Positions 12,813 through 25,800 of a DNA stretch of 64,000 nt are shown here, in pieces. Made by a program: the position numbers and the translations under genes. The stretch's first letter is position 1; every line of letters starts with the position of its first letter. The notes under the pieces were generated by a model. The model was not told the DNA's origin and ran no database searches. It saw only the letters and a program-made list of their open reading frames with translations. Source of the stretch: Raillietiella orientalis (Eukaryota); assembly GCA_036172245.1 (NCBI GenBank), contig JAYWIR010000001.1:2976001-3040000 (forward strand), given 5' to 3'.

Positions 12813-14224
12813 CGCGCCGGCGAAACCCCGGTGAAAACCGAATCACCTTTGCAGGGCGATGAATCCTTCGAGCGACGAATCCCCAATCATCTTACACTCA
12901 AAGGACCCAAGGGAAAGAAGCAAATCTGTCTCATGTCACCAATGAGGGCCACTGGTCTCTTGGAAAAAGAAAAAAAAAAAAAAAAAGGAAACGGTCTGCT
13001 CCTAAAACGCCTTGGCTAAAGTTTCTCACGAAACAAACAAACGAGATGGCGGAGAGCACGGCCCACGCCCCCCGGTCGCGTGCACCTTTGCCACGTGAGC
13101 CGTCCGCAGGATTGGCCAGAAAACGCCGTGAAGCACCCCCGTGTTTTCCGTGGACCGGGAAAACGAGCACAAACTGCACAGGCGAGCGGTCTTCGTGTGA
13201 GAAGGGTCGAATCCTAAGAACGCGTGGAACCTTCCGCGCTGAAGCGTGCGAACACAGCCGAGGAACGCCTGGGCGCGCACCTGCTGCGTTCCTGTTCCCG
13301 AGAGGGCAGACGCCCTCTTCCCTCCGCCGAGGAAGCTCTCATCGGGAACGAGTCGCACCTCCGGCGAGGGGAAGGCACGGGAGCGACGGGGGAGTTGCGC
13401 TGGCGTGCGAAGAGAGGGTGCTGAGCGGAGCGGCAAACTCCTTGGAGACCAGCCTCCCCCGTCCGTGCGCGCGCGCGCTTTCTCGTTTCTGGTCACTTGG
13501 CTGCCTGTAGGTAATGCCTCTCTGCGCCACACTCGCATCGGGTGGGTTCCCAGCTCTCCAGTCGGCCCAGCCTCCCAGCCATGGGTTCCTTTCTCGTTGA
13601 GCATCATTTTTGATTTTTTCGCTTTTATTAATGTTCACTTTGTTCATCGGACGGAGCCCGTGAAATGCCTCCTTTCTATTCTTTGCATTGGATGCAACGG
13701 TGAAACGCTGCTGCTTTGCTCACTATGGGAATTTCTACGAAAAGTAGTTCCTCCTATATTCGGGGAAGATTTCGGATGCTTCGGGGAATCTGTAGAGAAC
13801 CGATAGCTTTTGTGGAAGTGAGGGAGGCCTAAGGTCAGCCGAACTAGAGTCTGAACTAAGCGGGGACCACCGTCTCCTGATGTCCCTCTCAGCCGAACAC
13901 AGTTAGGTAGGCTACGACCTGCGGCTTCAGATGTGCAGCAAACACCTCTGGCAGTGGTGTCAACGTCCCACGCCCGTTCTCCGTCGCATTCGTGCTGATC
14001 TGGAAGTCGCTTTTCTTGCAGGATGCTCAGGGAGAAGAAGAAAAATGCCGAAAGCTCTCAAAAAGGGAAAGCTTCTTCTACCTCGTGAAGAGTTTTCCAT
14101 CGCAACCCCTGGTGTTTCACATCTCGTGGACCTCTCTAACTAATCAATCTTCCAAGCAGTCCGGTCTACTGTAAACCTACTCTTAAGTCTGCACGGTAAT
14201 TTTCTCTTTTACCTGAATTTCGAC

Positions 14225-14305
14225 TTTGAAATTCAAATCGACCAATCAGGGAGAGATCCCGGACGGACTGACCAATAGGAACAGGAATGACCTTTGAAAT
14301 CAGTC
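14225..14305. promoter_or_regulatory. Orphan promoter-like motif cluster (two CCAAT, three TTTGAA, Inr)
   Basis: TTTGAAATTCAAA at 14225-14237, GACCAATCAG and GACCAATAGG (CCAAT at 14242 and 14272), TTTGAA at 14293, TCAGTC at 14300, at the edge of a CpG-rich block. Confidence 0.35.
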
Positions 14306-14929
14306 GGGCCGCGCTATGGGGAAGAGCTCGGGTGAAAAGCAGCGCCAGGGGGGGAGGGAAACGTTCGTTTGCAATTCATTCGGTGCCACGCAGGGGACAA
14401 AGGGAAACGTGGCGTGACGTCCTTCCTCTTTTCAGTTCATCCCTTCCACCCGCTTTCCCCCCCCCCCTCGTGCGCGCGCGAAGGAGCTTCGCCGCCCGTT
14501 CGACAAAGCGCGTCCGCTCGACGGCCGACTGCTCCGTCCGGGAGCGAACGAGCACGTCGGGGCGTCCGGACGAAACAGCGTCCAGCGTAGCGGAATTTTT
14601 GTTCGTCTGGATACCTCGGGGCGGAGCGGGGCACAAGCAGCACTCTAGCGGCACGCTTTGGAAGGAAGAGCGGGGGGAAAGCGGCGGAAGAAATGCTTCC
14701 GGCGATGACTCTCACCAGGCGACGCCGGGACGTTTCTTCAAAAAACAAACCACAAATCAGAGGGGAACGGCGTCGCCTGAATACAAGAGATGCCTCCCCT
14801 CTCCCCCCCCGAGAAAGGTTCGTTGGGGATGACCAGCGGCACGCAGGCTGGTTTCTAAGGAAGTAGGCAGCGGAGGGAGGGGACGATACATAAATGAAAA
14901 AAAGACGGGAGGATAGGGATTCGTTTCCT

Positions 14930-15425
14930 TCCTTTCTAGAAGCGGCTGTGCACGGCGGCGATCTCACTGATGACTTCTGGCAGATGGGGCCACCTTGCGG
15001 CCGTCCTCACCAAGGCGGTTGTGCCATGCTGGTGGCCTCCCTTCGGTGCGAACGTGAACCATCGGCCCATTTCAGAGATCCTGCGTCTCCTCCGCATGCC
15101 CTCCAGGGCACTGCAGTCCAACAGGAGGTGCGGGAACGATTCCGTCCCCCCGCACCTTAAACAGTCCGCGGAGGCAACTCTCCCGGAAACAGGGTGCCGG
15201 CGCTGGTTGCACCGGAATGCTCCCCGGGACAGAAACAGCAGGACATCCTGTGATTTCCAGCGGAGCGGGAACACGGCGGTGTCCGCACAAAGGGAAGGGA
15301 CAGCGAGTTCTCTCCCCACTGAAGGAGTCCCTGAAACGAGGAGTGGGGCCGTCCACCCGCTCGCTCGTCTTGCAGCCGTCGAGGAGTTCCTTCCAGCGAC
15401 GTCAGTGCGAGCTTGCAGCTCCCAC
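14930..15425 (-). mobile_element. 3' fragment of an L1/Tx1-type LINE (zf-RVT zinc knuckle)
   Basis: Reads RWKSQDVLLFLSRGAFRCNQRRH...CLRCGGTESFPHLLLDC...LVRTAARWPHL, a CxxC..E..H...C motif. Confidence 0.75.
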
Positions 15426-16299
15426 TGACGGCGCCCTTGCGCCCTCGGAAGGGCGCCGCCAGTAATATGGTCTTGGTCTTTGGTCTTCCGAGCTGGTCAC
15501 CGCTGCGGCAACCGAAACCGTACAGCCGAGGGTTGACTCTTCCAAACAGCCTTGGGAGAAGGCCTCAGGACGACAAGCCTCCTCTGCAGACAGCGTCGGA
15601 AAGGAGAAACCATCACCAAAAGGGGAAAGGAAGGTCAAAACAAAGACATTAATGGTCCGGACCAACTGACGGAATACCCTCCTTCCTCCCCACCCCACTT
15701 CCCTGAAGGCGCCTTAGGGTTTCTCCAAGGACTATCAAGGCTTTTGCAGAGCCGAAAGGCAATTTGACGATACGATGCCTTCTCCTCACCTGTCCTGAAG
15801 GCTTTCCTCCCAATTTCCCGCATTTCAAAACCGGAAGTCAACAGGGGAAGCATCTTCTACCCGATTTGCATCCCTCTTTGTCGACACTAAACGCGTGCAT
15901 CCAGAACAAGTTACGAAGAGCCTGTTGGTGGAAAGCGGTTCCCGAGGGCTCCGATTCGGGACGGAAACTCATTCCCTTCCGACAGTCGCTCGCCTTCCCC
16001 TCCTTCCTTCCCCCCGAGGTTTGAGGGCGCAAGACGCGGAGCGGCGCTCCGCATCGCTTCGTGGCCGACCTCAGCACCACCAGCCAACCCGGCTCAAACC
16101 CGTGCTGCCATCTCGCGGCGGCGACGGCGAGTGTCGCACGCGCTACACAACGCGCGACCTGCCCGCCTCGCCGGTGGCCGCCGCCGCGCGCGAAGAGCGG
16201 GAGAATACCGCGAGGCCCACGCCCAGCCACACCCTTTCCCCAACAGAGACACCTCACGGCCTTCGCAGCCAACGGGTCCTGCGTTTCGCTTCGGTTGCT

Positions 16300-16730
16300 A
16301 CGATTCAAACTACCGTCTTCGTGACCATCGCTCCCACTGCTTGTGGCTGTCGATAGCACCGTTTCTTCCGCTATCCCTACCGCGGACTGGCATTATTACT
16401 GCACTATCATTAACGTTGCAGTTCGATGTTGTTATCACTACCATCCTCATAACTGCTAGTGACTGTTGTGACCATCACTATAATTAGTAATGTCGCTGCT
16501 ACCGTCATAAGCCACTGCTATATTACTGGCACGCTTCTCGCTATTATGCTAACATTCGTATGTCTACTTTGCAGTTACTATTACTACTACCTGGGCTGTT
16601 CTGATTACCATCACTAGGAAGATGGGGACTGCCAGGATTGTTGTGATGGTGAGGTTCGCTTTCATTTACAGCAACATCGCTATTACAGATCGCTACTAAC
16701 TACTAGCTACTATGCTCATTTCGATTAGCT
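16300..16730. repeat. Cryptic triplet low-complexity tract (ACT/GCT/ATT-rich)
   Basis: Visible period-3 degenerate microsatellite. Confidence 0.6.
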
Positions 16731-17989
16731 ACCCCCCCGGCCACTGTGGCGCGTCTTCCGTCGCACGAGGAGCTTCCTCGCGCTCAGTGCTCGTCTTCGA
16801 GGTCACCCACAATAGGGGGGTGGAGTGGGGAGGGGATGGGAGACGCTCTGTTTTTCTGAAAACCCAGGAGGCCACGAGTTCTCTCAAGAGTGAGGCCCTC
16901 TCCTAACCAGATTCCGAACGAAAGAGAGGGGGGAGGGAGAGGATAAGATTCGCTCGCCTCGCTCGTCTCATCGGACCTGCTCCGCGTTCCAGCTCCATGA
17001 CCTTCTCCGGTCCGGAGAGCGGGTCGCTTCTCTCGCTCCCTCCGAATCGCTGTCCCCTCTTCCGACTTCACTAGGTGGTGACCTCATCTCCTGGAAATCC
17101 TCCTTCCTCCCCTCCAAGAAGCTGTTCGGCTCTCTCTCCTCTTGAGAGCGACGGAGGTCATCTTCCTCTATCCGAGGTCCCTCAACCCGCGCGAGGGCAG
17201 CTCCCAAGAAAACCCCTCCGACCTCTCTACCTGGAGCTGAGGAAGCCGCGTGCGCTCTACTCGCCCTTGGCCCTCTCGCTGCTCTTGCGAGCCCAAGCCC
17301 TTGGTGTCCGGAGGCGGATTCGCCGCCGTCGCCAGCTCGTCACGGGACTCTTTTAGTTTTGCGTCCCCTGGGGCCGTGGTCCGTAGGAAGCAGGGACCAT
17401 GGCGTTGACACGCCTTTCCCCCGTTGCCTGAGCATTCGTTGGGCACGCCTCGAGGGGAGGGGGAGGAGTACCGCTGAAGAGCCTCCTGAAGATGGCGGGG
17501 GAGAAAGAAGGAGGTGTCCTCAGGCGTGCAGGGATGGTGGTGGCAGGGAGCAGTCGAGACAACTCTTCGCGCGACCCTCGCTCGCTTTCGGACGGAAGCC
17601 CGAAGGCGTGAAGCGGGTCTCCAGGAGGAAAACTGGACATCGGGCTGCTTCACTCTCCCTCGAAGGGCTGCCCGCTCCGAGCAGCGGAAAGGAGGGGAGG
17701 GTGCGGGGGAGGAAGGCGCGCTCCAGCAAAAAGGCGAAGGGGGGATGGCGCCTGGTAACCCAGCCTCCCGGAAGGAAAGGAGGCCAGAGAGACGGAAAGA
17801 TGGCTGACGATCTCGAAGAGCTGGAGGGAGGAGCAGGGGGATGGCGGGGGAGCCGAAGACGGAGAGAAAGTGGATTTGCATCCAGGAGGATGTTGGGAGA
17901 TGTCGCGGCTGGAAACACGGCAAGTGGGACGCAGGCGTCGTCCGGCATGCGGGGTTGCAAGCGCTGGTGCAGTGGCGGCGGCCGTTGCA

Positions 17990-18550
17990 GCAGCAGCAGT
18001 CGTACTTACGAATGGCCGCTTCGGGGTCATTCCCGATGACGCAACATTCGCAGGGGGAATATTAGTACTAATAAACAAGAAAGCAACGGTGCAATTCGGG
18101 ATAATTAACGCTGGCGGAAATGGCCAAGACGGTCGCGTTGACGGCGGCAGCAAGAGCGATAGCAACGAGAAGGGCAACAGCAGCAGCAGTACGAAGAGTG
18201 ATCGTCTTCACCAAGCGCGGAGTCAGCAGCAACGTTCGTGACGGTTGCACATTCGTGACCGTTGCCAATGGCTACGATTGCGACAACGGGCGAACGGCAT
18301 TAGCAATACGGCGATGAAGACGACGACAATGGTAGCTACGGCAACAAGTGGGCTGTGAGTAGTGGCGACAGTAAAGGTAAGAATAGCGGCAGGAATGGTG
18401 TTGGTAGTAGCACCAATAATGGTGGCAATGGTAACAGAGACGGTAAGGAAAAGAGTGGTGGTAGTAATAGACGGGGCTGTCGCTGGTCAATCACTGCTGA
18501 TAGGGACGTAACCATAGCAGCAGCTGGAATAGCAGTTGCTGTCGATAACG
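17990..18550. repeat. Cryptic triplet low-complexity tract (AGT/AGC/AAT-rich)
   Basis: Period-3 degenerate microsatellite with composition complementary to 16300-16730. Confidence 0.6.
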
Positions 18551-18649
18551 ATTCATCGGTTCGTTCTTGAACTCAAGAGCTGCAGGCCCTATGACCTTTC
18601 GAAGGTCAACAGCACCGAGGGGCTCATGCCGTTCGCGAGGAGGAGGGGA

Positions 18650-18783
18650 TCACGTGGACGACTTCGCTCGTGCGGACGCGCACCGGCTTCGATTCGACCT
18701 CGCAGGGTTGGTCCCCTTCCCAGGGTGACCGTGTGGACGACCACGTGGACGCGCACCGGTGTCGATCTGGCCTCGCAGGGTCC
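18650..18783 (+). repeat. Imperfect tandem duplication (about 74-nt period)
   Basis: GGACGCGCACCGG..TCGAT....CCTCGCAGGGT at 18673 and 18747. Confidence 0.65.
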
Positions 18784-21044
18784 TGCTTGTCCCAGGAGGA
18801 CGGCGAGGGTAGGGCGTGGGAAGCGCTGTAGGAACTCTCTCCCCCTTCCACCCGGTTTCGCGGTCACGGTCGCGGGTCGGGAGAGTCTGTCTCCTGGAGG
18901 TGGATTCCGCGAGGGACGGAGCGCTCGATACCCCAGCTGCTCCCAGTCTCCGCAGAGCGGCTGACGCGCGCTCGAGGCGCCGCCCGGCGGCGGCGCGACA
19001 ACAACACCGGATGAAGGCCAAACGCGAGACGCCATTGTCGGGGAAAGGGGCAACGAAGCGGGGCTGCGGCTGCGATCCCAGGCGCCCATTCGGACGGCGG
19101 CGGCGATGCTTGCGAGCGTCCGCGGAAGAGGCGCCGGGGGGAAACGAGCCCCTGAGGCAAAAGAGGTTCGCCCTCGGGAATGGTGGGAGGGCGGGGAGAG
19201 GAGATCTGGGAGTCGCCGCGCTTCCCCTCGCGCGGGAGCGGAGGTCCGCACACTCGCGCGTCGGTGGAAGTGCGGGCGGGTGCGGAGAGAAAGTCGGGAT
19301 CTCAGCCCCGAAAGGGAGGCGAGTCGTTCGAGGAGAGATCGGCCATCTCCGCGAGGGCGGATTCTCGAGGAGGAGGGGGGGGAGCACGGGGGCGGCGGCG
19401 GCGCCCGCGAGGGGAAAGTCGAAGATTCCCCAGGCGAGTCCTCCGCAGCTCCAGCTGAGGTTTTTCCGAGCGCATCCGCTGCGCGCGCACTGCGGGGGCG
19501 TCAACCGCCACCGCGCAGGATGGCATCGTCCTCGCCTGCGGGAAGAGCCGCCGCATCCTCGCTGAGTCACCCGGATTTCGCGGGAGGCGCGCATCGGAAG
19601 TTTTCCCCCGTTTCTGGAAACGGAGCGCCGACAACCTCAGGAGGCAGCGCCGGTGCCGCCACTGAGATGGCGGCGGCGCGCGCGCTTTCCCGTCCCTTCC
19701 ACGAGCAGCCCCGACGCTCGTGCCCTTCCGGGTCCCTCGGCCGAAGGGCCACCTCGCCCGGGTAGTGGGGTCGGCTTTGCCTCCGCGCTCGAGACGGTCT
19801 TCTCGCTGCGCCTCGGGAGAACCGGGAAGGAAGGACGCCACCGGCTGCGACTCATCTTGAAAGTCGCGAGCGGAGGGACCCAGGAGGAGAAGGAGGGAAA
19901 ATAAGGAGGAGGTGGCCCTGGTCCTCAGAGCGCTGCTGCGACCAACTTAAGGACCAGGTGAGGTGAACAGGCGTCGTTCCCATCTCTTGGAGAAGAGCGG
20001 TCGATCGGTCTTCCCGTCGCCTTGCCGCACCGTCCCGCCTGCAGATGGCGCTCGCGTGGGGAAGCACAGGCGAATCTTTCGGGCGCTCACGTCGGGGGAG
20101 GAGGTCCATCTACAGTCAGCGCCAGCATCGTCACCCAAAATGGCACTCGACGACGAGCGCAGGTAGGCAGGCAGGGCATCTGGGAACGATTCGGGGCGAG
20201 TCGCCGGGATAAACCTTGATCGGGAATCACACCCCAGCACCTTCCGGTGTTTCCTTGGGCGGGAAACCCACCGGGAAGCGCCTGGGTGCGCACGGAACCC
20301 TCCCACCGCGTCGGGATTCCGGAACCCAGACCCTGGCTGCTGGGCTTCCGAGACAACGAGGCTGAGAAACAGTGACCGGAAGCCCGAAATACACAGCCCT
20401 GCCTCTTCCTCCTGCCTGGGACCTGTCCGTGCTCTGAGAAGCAGACGGACAGCTCCCGAGAGGCTTTCGCGGGAAGGAATCGACCGAGGTGTTGGGTGTG
20501 GGTATGCTTCCGGAGACCGCTTCGAGATGTCGCTGCAAGGGGGGAAGAGACCATCGCGATTGGCAACGCGGGATGAAAAATGAAACGTCAAACGCCCACG
20601 TGATGGATGAGGTAGAGGAAAGTTGGAAAACACCTTCGAGATCAACCAAGAACGAAGAAAAAAGTGCGAGAAACCGATGAAATGCAGGTGAAACATCAAT
20701 CATATTAAAGACTGCGTGCATCGAGATAGCATCTCATTTTTAGATTATCCGCAATTATCTGGAATGCAAACTGCAGAGGGAGACGAAGAAGGAAAAAAAG
20801 AAAAAAAAAAAAACCACTGGGGATTTGAAAGGAAGAAGGAAAGAAAGAAACAATTACTGGGACATTTCCGAAGACAGTTCCTCATGGGAAAACCAAAAGG
20901 AAAGTCGTCCAAGAAACGCAGGCTGGATGAAAGACAGATGGAAGCGAAGGAGACAAAGCACCACTGTAAGGTATTTGTAGTCTGGTAAGCGTGCTCGGTA
21001 CGCTCACCTCCGCTCACTTTTCTTCTCTCCCAACGAGCCTTGCA

Positions 21045-21930
21045 GTCAACTGGATGTAACGGAACGAACAAGCCGGTTTTCAGGCTCACCGTGGGAACCT
21101 GGGCTCTGGTATTCTGGCTGCCGGTGGAGACGATGAAGGCAAGCACCTTACAGCTGAGTTGCACACAAGAGCGAAAGAGTACTGGCTCTCCGCGCAATCA
21201 GTTCTTCCATTCTCGGAGTTCCATTTCTCGAAGTTGATAATTAGCAACATCTACACAGCAGCAACATTCGCCCACTCTTGCCGTTCGTCAACGCCGTCCC
21301 AACCAACATTCGGCTCGTGGTTATCCAGAATGCTTCTGCAGCTGGAAGGGTCGAACGCTGTCAAAGATTTTCCCTTCGTCTCAAGTTGGAGCACGTCCAA
21401 CGACAAACAAGCGCTAAGGTCTTAGCTAAACCGAGGGGGCTGCCGAGGGTCCAAAGGTGAGGGTGCTTTCCACATGCAAGTTCCGTGTCAAGCCAGAGAA
21501 GCCGATCTGCGCTTTAAGCTTTTGGACGCACCCACAACTGAGACTGGAAGCCCTGTAAAATTCGGGAACCGGAGGACTTGGGTCGTCTAAGAGCTCAGGT
21601 GTTCCCACATACGGCAAGAAGAGATGAGAGGTTGAATTCCAGAGCTGTTCCTGTATAACTCGAAGATTGGATTGGGTTCCTAAGCCGCTACTGTACACAC
21701 TAAGGGTTAGGTTGTATTCCAGAGCCCTTCCTGCACATCCTGAATGTTGGGTTGTATTACAGAGCTATTCCTGTACAACTCGAAAATTGGATTGTAATGG
21801 CACTTGGAAACATAGAAAGCTGGTATTGGGACTGGGATAACCCCATTGATAATGAGGTCACATCTGGTGCCACGGCTGCTGGGAGTGGCGATTTGCAATG
21901 ACGAGACCACCACTACTGTCTACAGAACAG
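21045..21930 (+). pseudogene. Probable decayed leucine-rich-repeat gene
   Basis: Frame-shifted fragments LPFSEFHFSKLIISN, NAVKDFPF, ELFLYNSKI (twice), WDNPI and LVPRLLGVAICNDET occur in the order of crustacean Oplophorus-luciferase-35kDa-subunit-like LRR proteins. Many stops. Confidence 0.35.
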
Positions 21931-22469
21931 CAAGCAGCAAGAAGAGTTCGCAAGCTGTTGAAGACCATACAGATATGGAAGGATATTTCTAATCCTGAGG
22001 ACATTCTTGAAAGACATTCGAGGAGGGCAGGGTGTTACTTCAGCATGCTGCATGGATCACAAGTGAGGCCAGGGGTCGATGAAACCGCAAACAGCCCCGT
22101 GAAGGCGCACCATGGTTCAAGCGTGGATCGAGTTATGCGGGTTGCTTAAAAGGCTTGGCCAGGTCCACTGCTGGAACAGCTGCTCCGAGATTCATTTCTA
22201 CGCAAGGTTGATGTGGATTCTGTCCAGGAGAAAGAAACGTGCGGGAAGAGGTGAGGCTCGATACAATAAGAATGAAAGACTACGCATCCCGAGTTAAGAA
22301 ACGAGGATGCATACGAAAGGCCTTAAAACCAAGAAGTGGAAACGAAAATGCAAAGCCTCAAGAAGGCACAAAAAGAGAACGAAATGAAGAGCGAAGTCGT
22401 ACGGTGCTGTGGGAGACTCCAAAACAAATCCCTGGTAAGCAAACCCTTTAAGCAAACCAGTAACACTTA

Positions 22470-22845
22470 CACTTCGGAGTTTTGGAAGCGTCCCTTCGGG
22501 GTTCTCTTCAGAGGAGTGAACAGGAGCGGTTCCCTTGCGGGTTCCCTCCGGAGAAGAAATTCCTACAAGCGGATCCTTACCGGGTTCCCTTCGGAGAAGT
22601 TGAAATGGAGAGGACCACCCCCCTTCCAAGGGGTGTCCCTCCGGAAAGAATGAGGAAGGAGATTCCCTTCGGGGTTCCCCTTCGGAGACAACCAGGGTTG
22701 GAGGTGCGATCCCCCCCGTCCGGGGGGATCCCTCCCCAAGCGTGAGAGGAACGGACTCCGAGCCCTTCCTGGATTCATAGGGCGGACCCCATCCCGGGGT
22801 GCCCTCTATCCTGAAGAATTACACGCCCCCCTGCTGGTTGCCGCG
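22470..22845 (+). mobile_element. Hairpin-rich SINE-like repeat, copy D (internal fragment)
   Basis: Highly similar reverse complement of 3840-4210. Multiple CTTCGG/CTCCGG loops and a GATCCCCCC/GGGGGGATC stem. Confidence 0.85.
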
Positions 22846-25800
22846 GGCGGAGTAACACTTACAAAGTGGGGCCTGTTCTCTGTTTTACGTACCGTACCCC
22901 CGCCTGCTGCATTCTGGGGATATCCAGCACATTTTTTTTTCTTTTTCGGATCTCCTGTGAGCCTCTTGTTCTAGAAGATGACTGCTTAACCAAGCGAACA
23001 AAACAAACCAAAAAAAAAAAAAAACGGAATGCAGCAAATTCTTTCTGAGCAATTTCTGAAACCTCCCAACTTGCCGAACGAACGGTCATCGGTACAGTCT
23101 TCATCGATTCGCTGACAAGAGTACCGAAGACCTGGAAAGGTCCAGTTCTCCCCCAGGAAATGAAAGTGAAAGCATACTTCCTTGGAGTACATCCTATGAA
23201 GAAGAAAGCAGGAACAGTGCTACTCATTACGTCACCAATGCTGAGCCACACTACTCTTGATCTCCAGCTGAGAGGAAGAGAGAGAGCGAGAAAGAGAGAG
23301 AGAGAAAAAACACATCGGCAAGTAACGGTGACGAAAGCCTTGGATCAGATCGATGCTGCTCAGCGTACACCCTAACGATTTTTGCTTCCGTACTGGTAGC
23401 CGCCGTATGTTGCAACCTGACGGAAGAGATGATCTTCATTCCGAGCGTGGCGCCCGTTGCGAGTTGTGGGCGTTGAGGAACGCTTGATGTTTTCTCAAAG
23501 TGATCGGCTTGCGTTGCCCTTCGTGAAGAGCCACCGTCGCGTAGCAACGGGATCAGCTCGCTGGTAGCAGCACAGATCCTGAGACCATAAATCATAAAGG
23601 TAAACAATCACACCGAAGAGTACGCCACAGAGTACAAAATAAGTACACAGTGAACAACGGTAGAGTGGAGCACTGAACTCGCCGCCGAGTCCCGTGTTCG
23701 CTCAGCACGAATGACTGAAGGATGAAGCCAGTGACGTCACAAGGGTAGCCAGCAGAGACGAGCGGGACGCTTCCGGGAACACGGAGGAATCGATCCGGGG
23801 ATTTCGCGAGTGTCCTGGAAATTCCCTGAGCCCCAACAGAAGTGAAGGCGTCCCCCACTCGAGCTACGTGAGGGACGAGGAAGAGGAACGAACCGGAAGA
23901 AACGTCGGCTGCGTGCAGCAGGAAGAAAATCGGCCTCTTCGGGACCGATTCCACGCGACCCAGGAGGTTTCTAAAGGCATCCTTTGGGATAGGGGATACG
24001 GACTCATCCCACCGCCCCCCCAGTCGGGTCAAGAGGTGAGCCGAAATCCTTGGCAGACAACGAAAGGCTCCGCACGGATGCTGAGGACACGGACGCTCAG
24101 ATTGTTCGGCGCCTGGGAGAAAGGGGGCAGGGACGTGGCCAACGACCGCCAACACGGAGAGGCAGGGAACCGGGAAACGGCCCCGAGTTGTCCGGCGAAC
24201 GGGAAAGAGGTGGTCCTGTCGTCTTCGAGATGGCGAGTGGTTCTGCTGCCAAGTTTGTCTCCTGTGCACGACGGCTCCGTCCAAGCAACCGGAGGAACCA
24301 GAAACCCTTTAATCCCGCGCCTCTTTCAAGCCATTTTCATCAGCCCTGCTTCCAAAAGAAATCGGTCAGCGTGTGCTGCTGGACCACCCCTTCAAAGCAT
24401 CCCGGGACAGTTGGGGAGAGAAGGGCCGCTCTGGTTCCCATGACGACCACCAGCCCGCGGCTTGGAATCGACGAACCCTGCAGATCCCACGGGAAGTCGA
24501 CCGATCAAGAAGACTGGGCTCGCTGCCGATCGCCCATCCTTTGCCCGGGGAGAAGCGAATGCCCTTTGGGTCCTGATGACCGTCAAAGTCGTCACCACGA
24601 AACACGAAAGAGCACAACGCCCTCCCTCCCCCCCCCAGATGATGAGGGGGAAGAGGATTATGGGTGGATTCCACCTATAAAAGCGCGGATATCAAGAGAC
24701 TGTCCCTGTAACCCAGCGAAGGTCGCTGCAACCGCCACACAGGCGGTACGCTGGCAAGAAAAGAAGCATGCCCTCGGGGAGAACACGAGCTTGGGGTCAG
24801 CGACGGGGGTCCAGTCGGCGCAACATCCGCGAGCTTCTTCAGCGGCGCGACCCGCAGTTTCCGAAAGCAGCAATCTATTCGTCCGAAGAGCCCCCGAACA
24901 GAGGAGCAGCAGCTGGTCGGCAACTTTCCCAGGATCTCCGAGTCCCGGCTAGGGTGCATTCACGCCGTCCGTTTGCACGTGGATCCGGGAGCTGGGTTTT
25001 CGCCCCCCCTCCGCCTCCGCACACAGCCAAGGAATGCCGGCTGCCGTGGCAATCCGTCCTTCCGACCGTTCCGTGCTGCTTTGCGGGTAGGATGTACTAG
25101 GGAGGGCGCTCTGGAGGACAAGGACGGCGGAAAAAGGGGGGTCAGCGGGCGACTCGAGACATCGACGACGTTCCCCTCAGGTGCTCGGTCCCGCGGGAGG
25201 GTAGTATTTCCCGGTCCAGTTCGATCCCGCCGCCGCCGATGGCAGAGCCGAGCCGCGAGTGCGAACGACCGCCCGCGAGCGCCACTCACGAGGTCAGCGC
25301 GTGCTGCCAGAATCCCCCGCCGCAGCCCCGCCCCGAGACCGGAGGCCTTCAGGGCGAGAGGAGGAGGGCCGCATCCGGAGCAGACGAGCGTGGGGTGGGG
25401 AGCCAAGGAACGCCCCACGGCTGGGAGGCCTCGGGCAGACGGAAAATTCGTCCGGATCACGGGAAGGACGGACGACTGCCGCGACTCCCTCTGAACCCCC
25501 GCGGACTTTCTCTCCCCCCCCCCTCATCCTCCCCTATGAGCTATCCGGAGGAATGGCTGGGCGAGACGCACAACGACTGGGCGAGTTTCGCGCGAGGAGC
25601 TGCGGCGGTCCGCGCATGCTCACTGACGCCGCCACTTCCTCTCTCAACTGCGGAGTTGGATAGAATCCAGCGGCGCACGCGCGCACCCGCACGTACGAAG
25701 GGGGAGGGGAAGGGGACACACGGGGAGGCGGCGGCGGCGGCAGCAGCTCCCGCGGGAAGCGCACGCTGCACGCGTTGCTTGAAACCCGATGCCTCCCCGT

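Noticed and set aside
20230..20380. Another tRNA-like head on the minus strand (GGGTTCCGGAATCCCG)
   Set aside because: A single degenerate instance without the family anchors; it cannot be assigned.
21600..21800. Short repeats as a CRISPR-like array
   Set aside because: Only 2-3 imperfect units with irregular spacing, in a eukaryotic context with no cas genes. Better explained as LRR coding duplications.
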